A DNA stretch of 64,000 bases, from the NCBI GenBank assembly GCA_965240325.2, contig OZ251254.1, positions 372,001-436,000 on the forward strand, in the 5' to 3' direction. Each line of letters begins with the position of its first letter. Position 1 is the first letter of the stretch. Position numbers and translations under genes: made by a program. Positions 1-10,112 of the stretch are shown in pieces. Origin of the DNA: Rebecca billardiae RCC1528 (Eukaryota; Protista; Haptophyta). The notes under the pieces are model-generated. The model did no database searches. It had not been told where the DNA came from and saw only the letters and a program-made list of their open reading frames with translations.

Positions 1-611
1 CTATTACTCACCCGATTACGAGTGCCTGGGCTATGCCCCTGACACTGCGCCCGGCGGCGCCGCCGGCCGCGCCGCGCCCGGCGACAGCGCGCGGCGAGCA
101 GGCGGCGCGCGAGGGGCGGCGACGGGCGTGCCCAGCGCCGGCGCGATGGCGCCGACGGCGTGCACGTGACGCCGCTGCTGATTCCGCCATATTCGTACGT
201 CGTCGATATATATATATATTATTCATGTAACGGGTGCGCGGTGACTCAGCGGGCCGTCTGACGACTGCCACTCACCGCGTCGTCCGCGTCTGCTGTGAAG
301 CCCGGTGCGCTCTATCGTCGGTCACGGGCCCCCCGCCAGTGGCACCGACGACGCCACGCCCTGACGACGAGTCCGCGTGACCGGACCGTGTCCCGGGGAC
401 TGCGTCCGTCATCTGTCGACTGCACCGTCTGCTGCACTGCTGCACAGCTGCGCAGCACGCAGTCATATCATCACTGCTGATCGTAGTTGCGTCGCTGAGT
501 ATATTATGCTGGTCTGCTCGGATCGGCGACGAGTGCCAGGAGCCACGTAGCCATGCCGAGCGATCACCAGCGCGCCCTGTCGCCAGCCGCTCCGCAATAT
601 CCCTCCTATTG

Positions 612-2117
612 TCAGCGGGCCGCATCGTCATGAGCGACGAGAAGAGGCGCGCTGTCGGCGGCGTCATCCGCGGACCCCGCCTCGCGCTCCCCGTGCGCGC
701 CCGCCGCCGCCGCCTCGTCGGCGGCGGCAGCGCCGGCGCGCCCGCCGCGCACGGACGCCGCGCGGCGCCTGCTGCCAAGGCTGGGCGCGAGTTTGCGCGC
801 GAGCGCGCACGCGCCCGCCGCGCCCGCCGCGCCGAGCGCCAGCCCCCACGCGAACGCCTCGTTCGCCGACGGCGTGCGCACGGCCGACGGCAGCCAAGGG
901 CCGAGCACAAACGCCGCGCGCTCGCGCTCGCCCGGCATGCTCACGCCCGGCGGCAGCGCGCGGCGCGCGCGCGCGCGGTCGCGGTCGCAGAGCGCGTGGC
1001 GCGCGCCCGGCGCGCACGCGCACGGCGGCTCCGCGTCGCTCGCCACGCTGCGCTTGCACCGGCCGCGCCCGGCGCACACCTTCCCGCCCTTCCACGGGCG
1101 CCAGAGCTCTCGGTAAAGCCCGTGGCGTAGCCACGGCTTGTGTACGCCGGTCCAGTGCAGCAGCTGCGCGGTGCTGAGGACGCCCATCCCGAGGTTGCGG
1201 TTCCAGCCGAGGCCGTCGAGGTTCCAGTGGAACGAGAGCGGGTGCCACCTGCCGTACAGCATCAGGTGCAGCGGCGGCTGCGAGCCGAGCCGCCACAGCG
1301 GCGGGTCGGCGCGCGCGTGCTGCCTCAGCCACCACTCCGCGTCGGCGGTCAGATTGAATCTCGCCCAGCGCTCGAGGTCGATCACGAGCACGCCCGCGTT
1401 GAAGCCGTACTTGGAGGCGTTGAACGCGTAGCCGTACCGCGCCTCGAACAGCGCCGACGCGTTCTCGAACGCCGCGTACGTGTGCCGCACCTGCCGGTCC
1501 TTCGGGCGGCCAACCGCCGCCACGACTTCAGACGGCTTGAGCGCCGCGAGCGCGCGCCGCGCCAGCGCGTTCACGTTGCCGCGCACGACGACGTCGGCGT
1601 CGAGGTAGACGACGCTCCGGACGTACGGCGGAAGGAGCTCGGGCAGGTAGAACCGCGCGTAGTTCAGCGTGCTCGACAGGTTGCCCACGTGCTCGACCCC
1701 GGACTCGACTCGGATGAGGGGCGCGACGCGCGCGCCGTCAAAGCCGAGCACGGTGACGAGTGGCGCGACGGCCGGGACGCCGCGGCAGCGGAGGTACGCG
1801 CGCAGCTCGCCCTCCGCGCCGCTGGGCACGAGCAGATGAAAGCGCAGGTCGAAGGGCTGCGCCGAGTTGGCGCTCGTCGAGCGGATCACCGCGACGACGC
1901 CCGCAAAGTGCGCGCGGTCGGCGGCCACGGCCACGTGCACGGCGCCCGGCGCGTCGGCGGCGGCGCGCGCGCGCGCGGCGGCGGTGTACTTGGCCATGCC
2001 GAGCGAGCTGGCGATCCTGTTCGCCCTCGAGCGCAGCGCCGACGGCACGGCCGCCGTGCCCGTGCCTCGAGGCAGCAGCAGAAGCATGAGCGCGAGCAGC
2101 GGTGACGCCGCCGCCAT
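612..2117 (-). CDS. Glycosyltransferase family 8 (GATL/galacturonosyltransferase-like), with signal peptide and C-terminal TM
   Basis: 501-aa ORF with GT8 motifs LNYARFYLPELLP, VVYLDADVVV (DxD), FNAGVLVIDLERW, LGSQPP, LLHWTGVHKPW; hydrophobic N-terminus. Confidence 0.92.
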   Translation of the reverse strand: MAAASPLLALMLLLLPRGTGTAAVPSALRSRANRIASSLGMAKYTAAARARAAADAPGAVHVAVAADRAHFAGVVAVIRSTSANSAQPFDLRFHLLVPSGAEGELRAYLRCRGVPAVAPLVTVLGFDGARVAPLIRVESGVEHVGNLSSTLNYARFYLPELLPPYVRSVVYLDADVVVRGNVNALARRALAALKPSEVVAAVGRPKDRQVRHTYAAFENASALFEARYGYAFNASKYGFNAGVLVIDLERWARFNLTADAEWWLRQHARADPPLWRLGSQPPLHLMLYGRWHPLSFHWNLDGLGWNRNLGMGVLSTAQLLHWTGVHKPWLRHGLYRELWRPWKGGKVCAGRGRCKRSVASDAEPPCACAPGARHALCDRDRARARRALPPGVSMPGERERAAFVLGPWLPSAVRTPSANEAFAWGLALGAAGAAGACALARKLAPSLGSRRRAASVRGGRAGAAAADEAAAAGAHGEREAGSADDAADSAPLLVAHDDAAR

Positions 2118-2172
2118 CGTTGCAGAGCTACCTCCCGGCTTGTACTCATTCTATGATTTTTTACGACACTGT

Positions 2173-3894
2173 ATGTCCGCGGACCACCGGACGCACCGCG
2201 CGATTGGCCACATCCGCGCGATGACGCTGCTCGCCGCGGACCGCACCGGCAGCGCGTCGCAGCACGCCGCGGAGGACGCAAGCCTCCGCGCCGAGCTGCA
2301 CCGCGCGTGCGCGCGCGGCGACGCGAGCGCCGCGCGCGAGCTGCTCGCTCGAGGCGCGCGGCACGACGGTACTTTCCAGGAAGGTTCCACGCTGCACGTG
2401 GCGTGCCAGCAGGGCGATGCGGCGTGCGTCGCGCTGCTCGTCGAGGCGCGCGCTAGCCTGAGCGCGATCGACGCCATCGGGCGCACGCCGCTCCACGCCG
2501 CGTGCGCCGCCGGCCACGCGGACGCCGCGCGCGCGCTGCTTGCGCCGCCCGCGGGCGCGCCGCCCGCTGCGGCGCCGCCCACCGCGGCACCGCAGCTGCT
2601 TGACGCGCGCGACCAGATGGGCGTGACGCCGCTGCACGCGGCGGTGCGCCACGGGCACGCGGCGTGCGTGCGCCTGCTGCTCGACGCGGGCGCGAGCACG
2701 CGCGCGCACCGCCGCGCCAACGATTCGCTCCTGCACGTAGCGTGCCGGTTCGGCCACGCCGGCGCCGCGCGCGCGCTGCTGCGAGCACGCTCGGAGCCCG
2801 ACGCGGTGTCGGAGCTGGGCATGGCGCCGCTGCACCTCGCGGCGCACCGCGGGCACGCGCGCGTCGTGGCGGCGCTGCTCGACGCGCGCGCGAGCGTCGA
2901 CGGCCCGCCCGCGCCGCCGCCTTCCTTAGCCCGGCGCGTGCTCGGCGCGCGCTCGCTCGCGCCGCCAGTCGAGCCGCCCTGCCACTGGGCGGCGGACGGC
3001 GGGCACCTGGCGCTGTGCCAGTGGCTCGCGGCGCGCGGCGCGCGGCGCGCCTCCGCGCACGGCCTGCGCTGCCTCCCGGACAACCCCGCCGCGCGCTGGC
3101 TGCGCGAGACGGCCGAGTGGAGCGCAGGCGATGTCGGCGGCGGCGCCGGCCCGGGCGGCGGCGGCGGCGGCGGCGGTCGCAGCGGCAGCGGCGGCGGCGG
3201 CGGCAAGCACAGTGGGGCGGCGAGTGGCCAGCTCATGTACCTCGAGTTCCTGTGCGCCGCCGAGGTGATCCCGCTGCTGCGCGCCGGCGCGGAGATCGGC
3301 GCGGCGGACGCGCGCGGCGCGGCGCCCACTGCACTCAGCATCGCATTGGCTGTCTTCCGGACTCGGCCGGAGCACGGCGCGGCGGCGGCCGTCGTCGCGG
3401 CCGCGCTGCCGTGGTCGGCTCGGACGCACCACCTCTGGCCCGCGCTCGCGCGCAAGCGCGCGCGTGATCTGCTGGTGCTCGGCTGCCAGCTCGCGGCGGC
3501 ACGCGCGCCGGCGCAGCCGCAGCCGGCGTCGCGCCGCGCGGGGCACACACACGCGCCGGAGGCAGGTGGCGTGCGCGCCGGCGGCGGCGGTCTGGGCACC
3601 GGCGGCGCGGCGCCAGACGGGCGTGCCGGCGGCAGCGGCGCGCCCCACGGCGGCGCGCTGCTCGACGTGTGGGTCGAGCACATCATGCCCCTCGCACTGC
3701 CCAGCCGCGCGGCCAGCTGCCACCGAGATTGCGATCTCGCGCGCGACCTGGCGCGGATTGGCGAGCCGACGGCGGCGCGCGCGGCGGCGGTCGTGGCCGT
3801 CGCCCTCGCCGAGTGCGGCGGCGAGGGGGGCGTGTGCCGCTGCCGCGTGCCCGGCGCGGAAACCGACTCCGACCCCGACGACGAGGCACTGTGA
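2173..3894 (+). CDS. Ankyrin-repeat protein
   Basis: Repeated motifs GSTLHVAC, GRTPLHAAC, GVTPLHAAVRHGH, GMAPLHLAAHRGH; start is ATG 2173 or 2221. Confidence 0.85.
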   Translation: MSADHRTHRAIGHIRAMTLLAADRTGSASQHAAEDASLRAELHRACARGDASAARELLARGARHDGTFQEGSTLHVACQQGDAACVALLVEARASLSAIDAIGRTPLHAACAAGHADAARALLAPPAGAPPAAAPPTAAPQLLDARDQMGVTPLHAAVRHGHAACVRLLLDAGASTRAHRRANDSLLHVACRFGHAGAARALLRARSEPDAVSELGMAPLHLAAHRGHARVVAALLDARASVDGPPAPPPSLARRVLGARSLAPPVEPPCHWAADGGHLALCQWLAARGARRASAHGLRCLPDNPAARWLRETAEWSAGDVGGGAGPGGGGGGGGRSGSGGGGGKHSGAASGQLMYLEFLCAAEVIPLLRAGAEIGAADARGAAPTALSIALAVFRTRPEHGAAAAVVAAALPWSARTHHLWPALARKRARDLLVLGCQLAAARAPAQPQPASRRAGHTHAPEAGGVRAGGGGLGTGGAAPDGRAGGSGAPHGGALLDVWVEHIMPLALPSRAASCHRDCDLARDLARIGEPTAARAAAVVAVALAECGGEGGVCRCRVPGAETDSDPDDEAL

Positions 3895-4376
3895 CGCGCG
3901 CGGCCGCGTCGGCGCGCCTGACGCCGGCGCCTCCGTCAGCCGGCAGGCACCGCGCGGCAGTCCTCGGCCACATTAGCATGGCCGCCCTGGGCTGCTCGCG
4001 GCGCTCCCGCTGGTTTCCTGATGCGCCAGCGCGCTTCCGCGGGCCGCGCCGCGTGATGCAGACCGACGGTTAAGCTTATTAGGCGTGTACTATGTGATAC
4101 TACTACTACTATGGGGGTAGAGGGGCAACCTTTGAGCGCGCAGGGGGCTGGCCAGGGTAGGGCTGGAGGCTTCGGCCGCCAGTCTGATCACCCGGAGCCC
4201 GTTATAAAGGGGAATTTAATGCAGTGAAAAAATGACGAATTCGTCAATGGATTCGGGCTTCGCGCGGCGGAACTCCATCGTTTTCCAGGACGGCCGGGCG
4301 GCCCGCCGAGCGCGCACGGCGGCCGACGGACGACCTCAGCGCGCGGCGGCGGGGTAGACGGGCGCGGCGCTGGAGG

Positions 4377-6800
4377 ATGAGCGCGCATCGCCGCTGCGCC
4401 TCGCGTGGCTCGGTGCGCGTGCTCGGTGCGCTCCTCGCGCTCGCCGCGCTGCAGCTCGCCCTTCTGCTGCTCGCGTATGCCGGCGGTGGCGGCGGCGGCG
4501 GTGCGGACGGCGCGTCGGGTGGGATGGCGTCTCTGGCCGGGCGCGGTGCGGATGCGCGTGCCGCCTCGATCACGCCGCTCTCCCTCCACATCGTCCTCGT
4601 CACCGGCTGGGCCTCGGAGCGGCTCCGCGGGCGGATGCTCTTTAGCTCGATGGTCGAACACTCGTCTGCGATCGGCGCCGCGCTTGGCTGCCGCACGTCG
4701 GTGCGGCTGGTCGACCTCACACGCCGCCCCGGCGAGAACAGCTCGTCGCTTAAGCTGCGCACGCGCGCGTGGCTCCGATCCGTCGCCCGCGGGCCGGACC
4801 CGCCCGGAGCGGTCCTGTTCATCAAGCACAGCGGGCTGGTCCAGCGGGCTCTGCCTGCGCTCGAGCGCGCGTGCGCGGTGCTGGCGTACGATTTGATGGA
4901 CGACGTGCGCGAGATCCGGAGGCTCGCAGCGGACGGGCACATCGGGCACGAGGGCTACGCACCCGGCGCGCTGCTCGTCGTCCAGACCGAGCGCACCAAG
5001 CGCTTGCTCGCGCGCGCGCTGCGCGCGCGCTCGCAAAGCCGGTTGGGCGACGTCGACACCGGTGCGCGGAAGTCCGGGGGCGGGCAGTCCGGGCACAGCG
5101 TCGTCGTCGTCCCGCACCAGCACACGAACGTGGGCGCGTGGCGCGTGCGCGACCCCGCGCACGCCGCGCTGAGGCCGGTGCGCGTCGTGGGCCTTCTCGT
5201 CGGCGGGTGGCACAACCTTCCGGAACGTTCTGAGCTCGCGCGCCTCGCGGAGGCGACGTGCGCTGCCGGCGCGGCGCTTCTGGTCGTGTTTGAGAACGGG
5301 CGCGGCGGCGGGAGCACGCGGCTCGCGCGGTACCTGTGCTCGGGCGAGCTGCTGCAGCCCGCCGACTGGCGCGAGGCGCAGGCGGACGCCAAGGCAGACT
5401 CGAGGCGCGCGCGCGAGGAGGCGGCGGCTACGGGCGCGCCCGACGCGGCCGCGGCAGCCGAGTCACGCGCCGGCGGTGGCGGCACGCCGCCGACAGCCGG
5501 CGGCACTGGCGCCACGCCCGCGCACGCCGACGACGCGCCCGTGCCCGCGCGCTACTGGCGCGAGCCCGCCGCGTCAGGCGGCGCGCGCTTGGCCGCGGCG
5601 CAGCCACTTCCCACCACCGCAGCTGCCGGTGACGAAATGCTGCGCCGGCTGCGGCTCCCGTCGCCTCCCGCCGCCGCCGCTGAGGCCGCCGCCGCTGAGG
5701 CGGAGCAGGGTGGCTCCTGGGCGGCTGAGGCGGAGGGTGGCTCCTGGGAGGAGCCCCCTGCAGCGCCGGGCGACTCGACGGCCGCAGCCGAGCACGCCGC
5801 CGCCGCGACCGCCGAGCCCGATGCGCCCCTCAGCTCCTTGTTCAGCTCGCAGCGAAGTTTCCACGACGTTTCCTGGGTGGAGGCCGTTGACGCCGCGTTG
5901 CTCTGGCCGCCGCTGGCGGAGCGTAACAGCAGCGCCGCCCACCGCCCGCCCACGCGGCTGCTGTGGTGGTGGTCGCACGGCGTGCCCACCGTCCTCTACC
6001 CGTATGACAGTTACGTCGGCCTCGCGCGCGTGCACGCGTACACGCTGCCGCCGCGCGCGCCGGGCGCGCGCGCGCGCGTGCCGTGCGCGCGCACACCCGC
6101 CGGCGTGACTGCCTGCCTGCGCGCGCTCGCGGCCTCGGCGGAGGCGCGCGGCGCGCTCGCGCGCGCCGGCCTGCACGCCGCGCGTGCATACACGCCCGAG
6201 CGCACCGCGCGGCGGCTGCTCGCGGCCATCCACGCGCACGCGGCCCCCGCGCGCGCCGCCGCCGCGCACAACGCCGAGCGCAGGGCGCAGCGGCTCGTCC
6301 GGGGCTTCGCGGCGGCGCGCGCCGAGCTTGCAAAGCGACGGGCCGCGGGCGGCGCGGCCCCGTCTGCGCTGAGCCCCTTCGAGCTGCTGTCGCGTCTGAG
6401 CGGGCTGCAGCCAGAGCTGCTGATCGCCATGCTCGGCCCGGAGAGGGCGGACGAGCTGGCCGAGGGCGTGATGGCGGCGCAGAGCGCGTCGGCGCTGCAG
6501 AGCCTGCTCGCGCGCCCTGCCTACGCCGCCGTGCAGTCAGGCTGCGCGCTCCACGCGCGCCGCGTCCTGCAGCGTCGCGCGTGCGCGCCGTGGTCGCCTG
6601 TGCTGCCGCAGCAGCGGCAGCCGCTGCAGCTGCCGCGGCGCGGGCGCAGCTGGGCGCAGCAGCGGCTCGAGGACGAGGCGCAGCAGCTGGTGCCCCTGCT
6701 GCTCAACACCTGGGCCTCCGCAGCGGCAGACGACGACGACCTCGACATCGACGAGGACGAGGCGGCTGACGGGCCTGACGGCGGCGGGTTGTGGCCGTAG
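4377..6800 (+). CDS. Putative type II membrane GT-B fold glycosyltransferase
   Basis: N-terminal TM (LGALLALAALQLALLLLAY); YDLMDD; C-terminal RPPTRLLWWWSHGVPTVLYPYDSY and LRALAASAEARGALARAGLHAARAYTPE resemble the GT4-like C-terminal domain. Confidence 0.6.
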   Translation: MSAHRRCASRGSVRVLGALLALAALQLALLLLAYAGGGGGGGADGASGGMASLAGRGADARAASITPLSLHIVLVTGWASERLRGRMLFSSMVEHSSAIGAALGCRTSVRLVDLTRRPGENSSSLKLRTRAWLRSVARGPDPPGAVLFIKHSGLVQRALPALERACAVLAYDLMDDVREIRRLAADGHIGHEGYAPGALLVVQTERTKRLLARALRARSQSRLGDVDTGARKSGGGQSGHSVVVVPHQHTNVGAWRVRDPAHAALRPVRVVGLLVGGWHNLPERSELARLAEATCAAGAALLVVFENGRGGGSTRLARYLCSGELLQPADWREAQADAKADSRRAREEAAATGAPDAAAAAESRAGGGGTPPTAGGTGATPAHADDAPVPARYWREPAASGGARLAAAQPLPTTAAAGDEMLRRLRLPSPPAAAAEAAAAEAEQGGSWAAEAEGGSWEEPPAAPGDSTAAAEHAAAATAEPDAPLSSLFSSQRSFHDVSWVEAVDAALLWPPLAERNSSAAHRPPTRLLWWWSHGVPTVLYPYDSYVGLARVHAYTLPPRAPGARARVPCARTPAGVTACLRALAASAEARGALARAGLHAARAYTPERTARRLLAAIHAHAAPARAAAAHNAERRAQRLVRGFAAARAELAKRRAAGGAAPSALSPFELLSRLSGLQPELLIAMLGPERADELAEGVMAAQSASALQSLLARPAYAAVQSGCALHARRVLQRRACAPWSPVLPQQRQPLQLPRRGRSWAQQRLEDEAQQLVPLLLNTWASAAADDDDLDIDEDEAADGPDGGGLWP

Positions 6801-7041
6801 GCAGGCGGCGCGCGCTGTGATGCGCTACTGACCGGCTGACGACGTAAATAAATAACGATGACGTCGTACTATATATATACCGCCACGATGCGCGCAGAGC
6901 CATCAGTAGTAGCAGTAAGAGTAAGACTGACGACCGATCGTCATCATCAATATGATGAATATAATAATATGATGATCACTCAAGATCAGGCTCATCAGCG
7001 CGGCAGCTCAGCAGCCCTCGAGAGTCGGCCACGCAAACTAA

Positions 7042-7671
7042 CTACGGGTTGGGGTTGCCCTTGCCGAGCCGATCGGCGATGGGCACGAACGCGTCGCCGT
7101 CCTTGGGCGGCGGCAGCGCGCCCGTGATCGTGTACGCCAGGATCTGCACCACCTGCTCCGGCTCCTCGCACACAGCCATGGCCGCCCCATTGACTTCCTT
7201 CATCGGGTGGCCGACCGACGGCGGGTGGAGCGTGATGAGCGGCTTGCCGAGCGCGGCGGCGTACCCGGCGTCGAACGCGGCGTTCCACTGCCGGTACTTT
7301 TCGCCAATGCGCACCACGACCACGTCCGCCTCAGCGAGCAGCGTCTTGGTGCGGATCGCGTTCATGCGCGCGCCGATCGAATCCCAGTTGGGTCGCTTCT
7401 CCTCCATCCCGAGGATGATGGCGGCGCAGTCGTCCGAGTCCTCGTGCGAGGTGTTGGGCGAGGTGAGTTCCACCGGTAGCCCGTGCTCCGCCACGCCCGC
7501 CGCGATGCGCTCGCGCCAGTCCGTGTGAATCTCGCCTGACAGATACACGCGCCACGTGCGCGCGCCGGCGCCTGCCGAGAGCGCACGCGCCCAGCCGGTG
7601 GGCGCGAGGCCGGGCGTGGCGGCGGCGCGCATGCGCAGCGCGCCCATCGTGCGGCGGCCGAGGGACAGCAT
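7042..7671 (-). CDS. ytoQ: YtoQ family protein (nucleoside 2-deoxyribosyltransferase-like fold) with Arg-rich presequence
   Basis: VYLSGEIHTDWRERI, HEDSDDC, NAIRTKTLL, GEKYRQWNAAFDAGYAAALGKPLI are characteristic of YtoQ; intronless. Confidence 0.85.
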   Translation of the reverse strand: MLSLGRRTMGALRMRAAATPGLAPTGWARALSAGAGARTWRVYLSGEIHTDWRERIAAGVAEHGLPVELTSPNTSHEDSDDCAAIILGMEEKRPNWDSIGARMNAIRTKTLLAEADVVVVRIGEKYRQWNAAFDAGYAAALGKPLITLHPPSVGHPMKEVNGAAMAVCEEPEQVVQILAYTITGALPPPKDGDAFVPIADRLGKGNPNP

Positions 7672-10112
7672 CGGCGGCGTTTCGAGGACGCGGCGGCGGA
7701 GCGCTCGGCGTGCGACGGCGCGGCGCGCGTCAGCAGCGGCGGTGACAAATTGCGCGACGATGCCGCGGCCGCCCGGTCCGGGGTGGGCTGAAAGAGGGCG
7801 TCGTCACGGCCGGGCGGACGCACACCGCGCCTTCGAGCTCCCGTCGTCGCGTCGTCGTTTTTTACGAGTTGTTCGGCCGGATGAAGATTTCCAGATTCTT
7901 CCCCGCGCGCGGCTCTGGGCCGGGCGGTCTTAACTCATTTTAATCCGGTGCAACTGCCTGTCGCCATTCAAGGCTAGAACTTCGGAATCGACTGACCGGG
8001 TGCTGATCATCGGCCGCGGCTGAACAGCTCGCGCCCGCCATAGCTACTCGGGATGGCGCGGGCAAACTGATATGATATGATGATATTATCATTTAATTAT
8101 CCCGGCAGCTCGATCGGCCTGAAATAGGGGGTCCAGCACACCAAAATAAAATCGAAAAAATGCCTCGACGGGTTTTCAAGTGGAGTGAGCGCGAGTTTCG
8201 CCATAAATTCGAGCGCCGCGAGCGTACGCGGCGAGCTGCCGGGTCGGGCTGTTCAGTGGGCTGGCGGCGACGGAGATGCACGACTGGACGGTCACCACCA
8301 CCGTCGCCTCGGCGCGACAGAGCGCGTACGAGCGTCGAGAGCGCCCGATCGAGCGAGTCTACGTGACCACCATGAAGTCCCCGGACATATCGGTCGCCGG
8401 CGTCGGACATTGAAACCGCGAGGTTGCACGCGTGCCAGTGCGTTCAAGCTGGCTCATGCGCTCGAGATGGAGGAGGGTGCTCCCCTTGCAGGTGATGCGC
8501 GCGCGCCGCGCACGCATACGGTGCGCATACGCGGTCCCCAACACATACTCCTTCCATGTGTAGCGTTCCTGCGCACGTACCTGCCCCCCTGATGGCCCCG
8601 CGGTACTCCCGCACGCATGCTTTCCACTGCCGCATTCACTCATGCAGGCGTTGGCGAGCGCGCGCCGTCGCGTGTGCCGCCTCTCTCCGACGCCGAGACG
8701 CTGAATGTAATCATCACGATGCCTGCCGCTAGTTTCTTACCGGTGCCGGCTGCGCGAGCGCATCAACCTCCTCTCGCTGGGCGATGTCCGCGCGCTCTGG
8801 CAACAACTCAAGGCACACGAGAACGCCACGGCGCTCAGGATGGACCCAGCTCGGCAAGGATGGCCTGTTGAACAAGAAGGTGGTGCACTACTGGTTTGAA
8901 TCTCTCGCGTTCCGCCTCGAGTGGCCGCTTCCTTGGCCCTGCCTGTTCTCTGTGCACGGCCGAGGCGCACGCCTGGATAGTGGGGCTGCAGCACGGATGT
9001 GCGAAGCAAAGAACGCGCACGGACGTCACGCTCACCGCGGAGCAGGCGCGCGACGCCGAGCCCGCCGGCGCCATCACGGCCGCCAACAGCCGCGCAGGCA
9101 CATCCGAGGCCAAGGCGCGGCGTGAGGATCTGGCGGCGATCACAGCGGAGCAGCGCGCGGACCGCACTATGGTCAAGGCGGTGAGCACGGCGGGCGTGGC
9201 AGCAGAGTCAGAGAGCGCGAAGCTCGCCGCCGAGCAGCTCGCCGAGCCGGAGCCGGAGGCCGCCTCGGTGGCTGGGCGCTGCAGCCGCGGTAATCGTAGA
9301 CCGGTGGTGGCCTCGCATGGGCTCATGGGCTGGGGTAGGACGACTGGCGACGCGGCGCCGGTGCCGGCTGAGTCGAGTGTTGCGACCGAGCCCGCATATT
9401 CATCTCCGGCGCCCGTATTCGAACGTACCCACATATATAGACATTGATTTGAATACATATGGACTCGCATCGACCGTTAGTATGTACGGGTACACACATG
9501 CTCATATTTACGGGTACCTACCTGTATTTAAATGGGTAACATGCTCGATCTTGCTGCTGTTTCTCCTGAATTTCTACGCGCCCAGCATGGTGCGCCAAAT
9601 ATGCAGTCGCTGCATCATAAATTCATTCGACTGAGTGGCAACGGTTGTCAATAAGTACTACCGACCGCATTCCGTCATCTAGCCGCCATCACGGGTGGGT
9701 ACCACTTCGCTGAATCTCTATGTGACACTAAGTGGCCGGCAGCGCGCCCGCACGACGGCGCGACGGCACGCGGAGTCGGTTTTGAGTGCTTCTGACGGCT
9801 GGGCTGGGCTGGGGGGCATACTAGAGGGCACTTCAACAGGCGACAGCCTCGACAGACACCTACATGGCAGGCCTGTCGAATATCCCCAACCGCTAGGCTG
9901 AGGGCCTGGACCCCCTACCTGAAAGTGAATGCGCCGCAGGCTGAGGCTGAGGCTCGCGGTGTGACTACTACACCATATTATATATATATATATTATTGTG
10001 TGTGTGCATGCTGATATTCAATAACTATTCAATAAGTGCGCCGGCATGCGCATGCAATTTGCAGGCCGGCGTGCACACCCGTCAACCGAGCCGGGCTCAC
10101 ACCGCGTGAGCG

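Noticed and set aside
2535-2602. GC-AG intron or insertion with GCTGCTTG direct repeats in the ankyrin gene
   Set aside because: Removing it would make the ankyrin repeat too short; more likely a low-complexity coding loop
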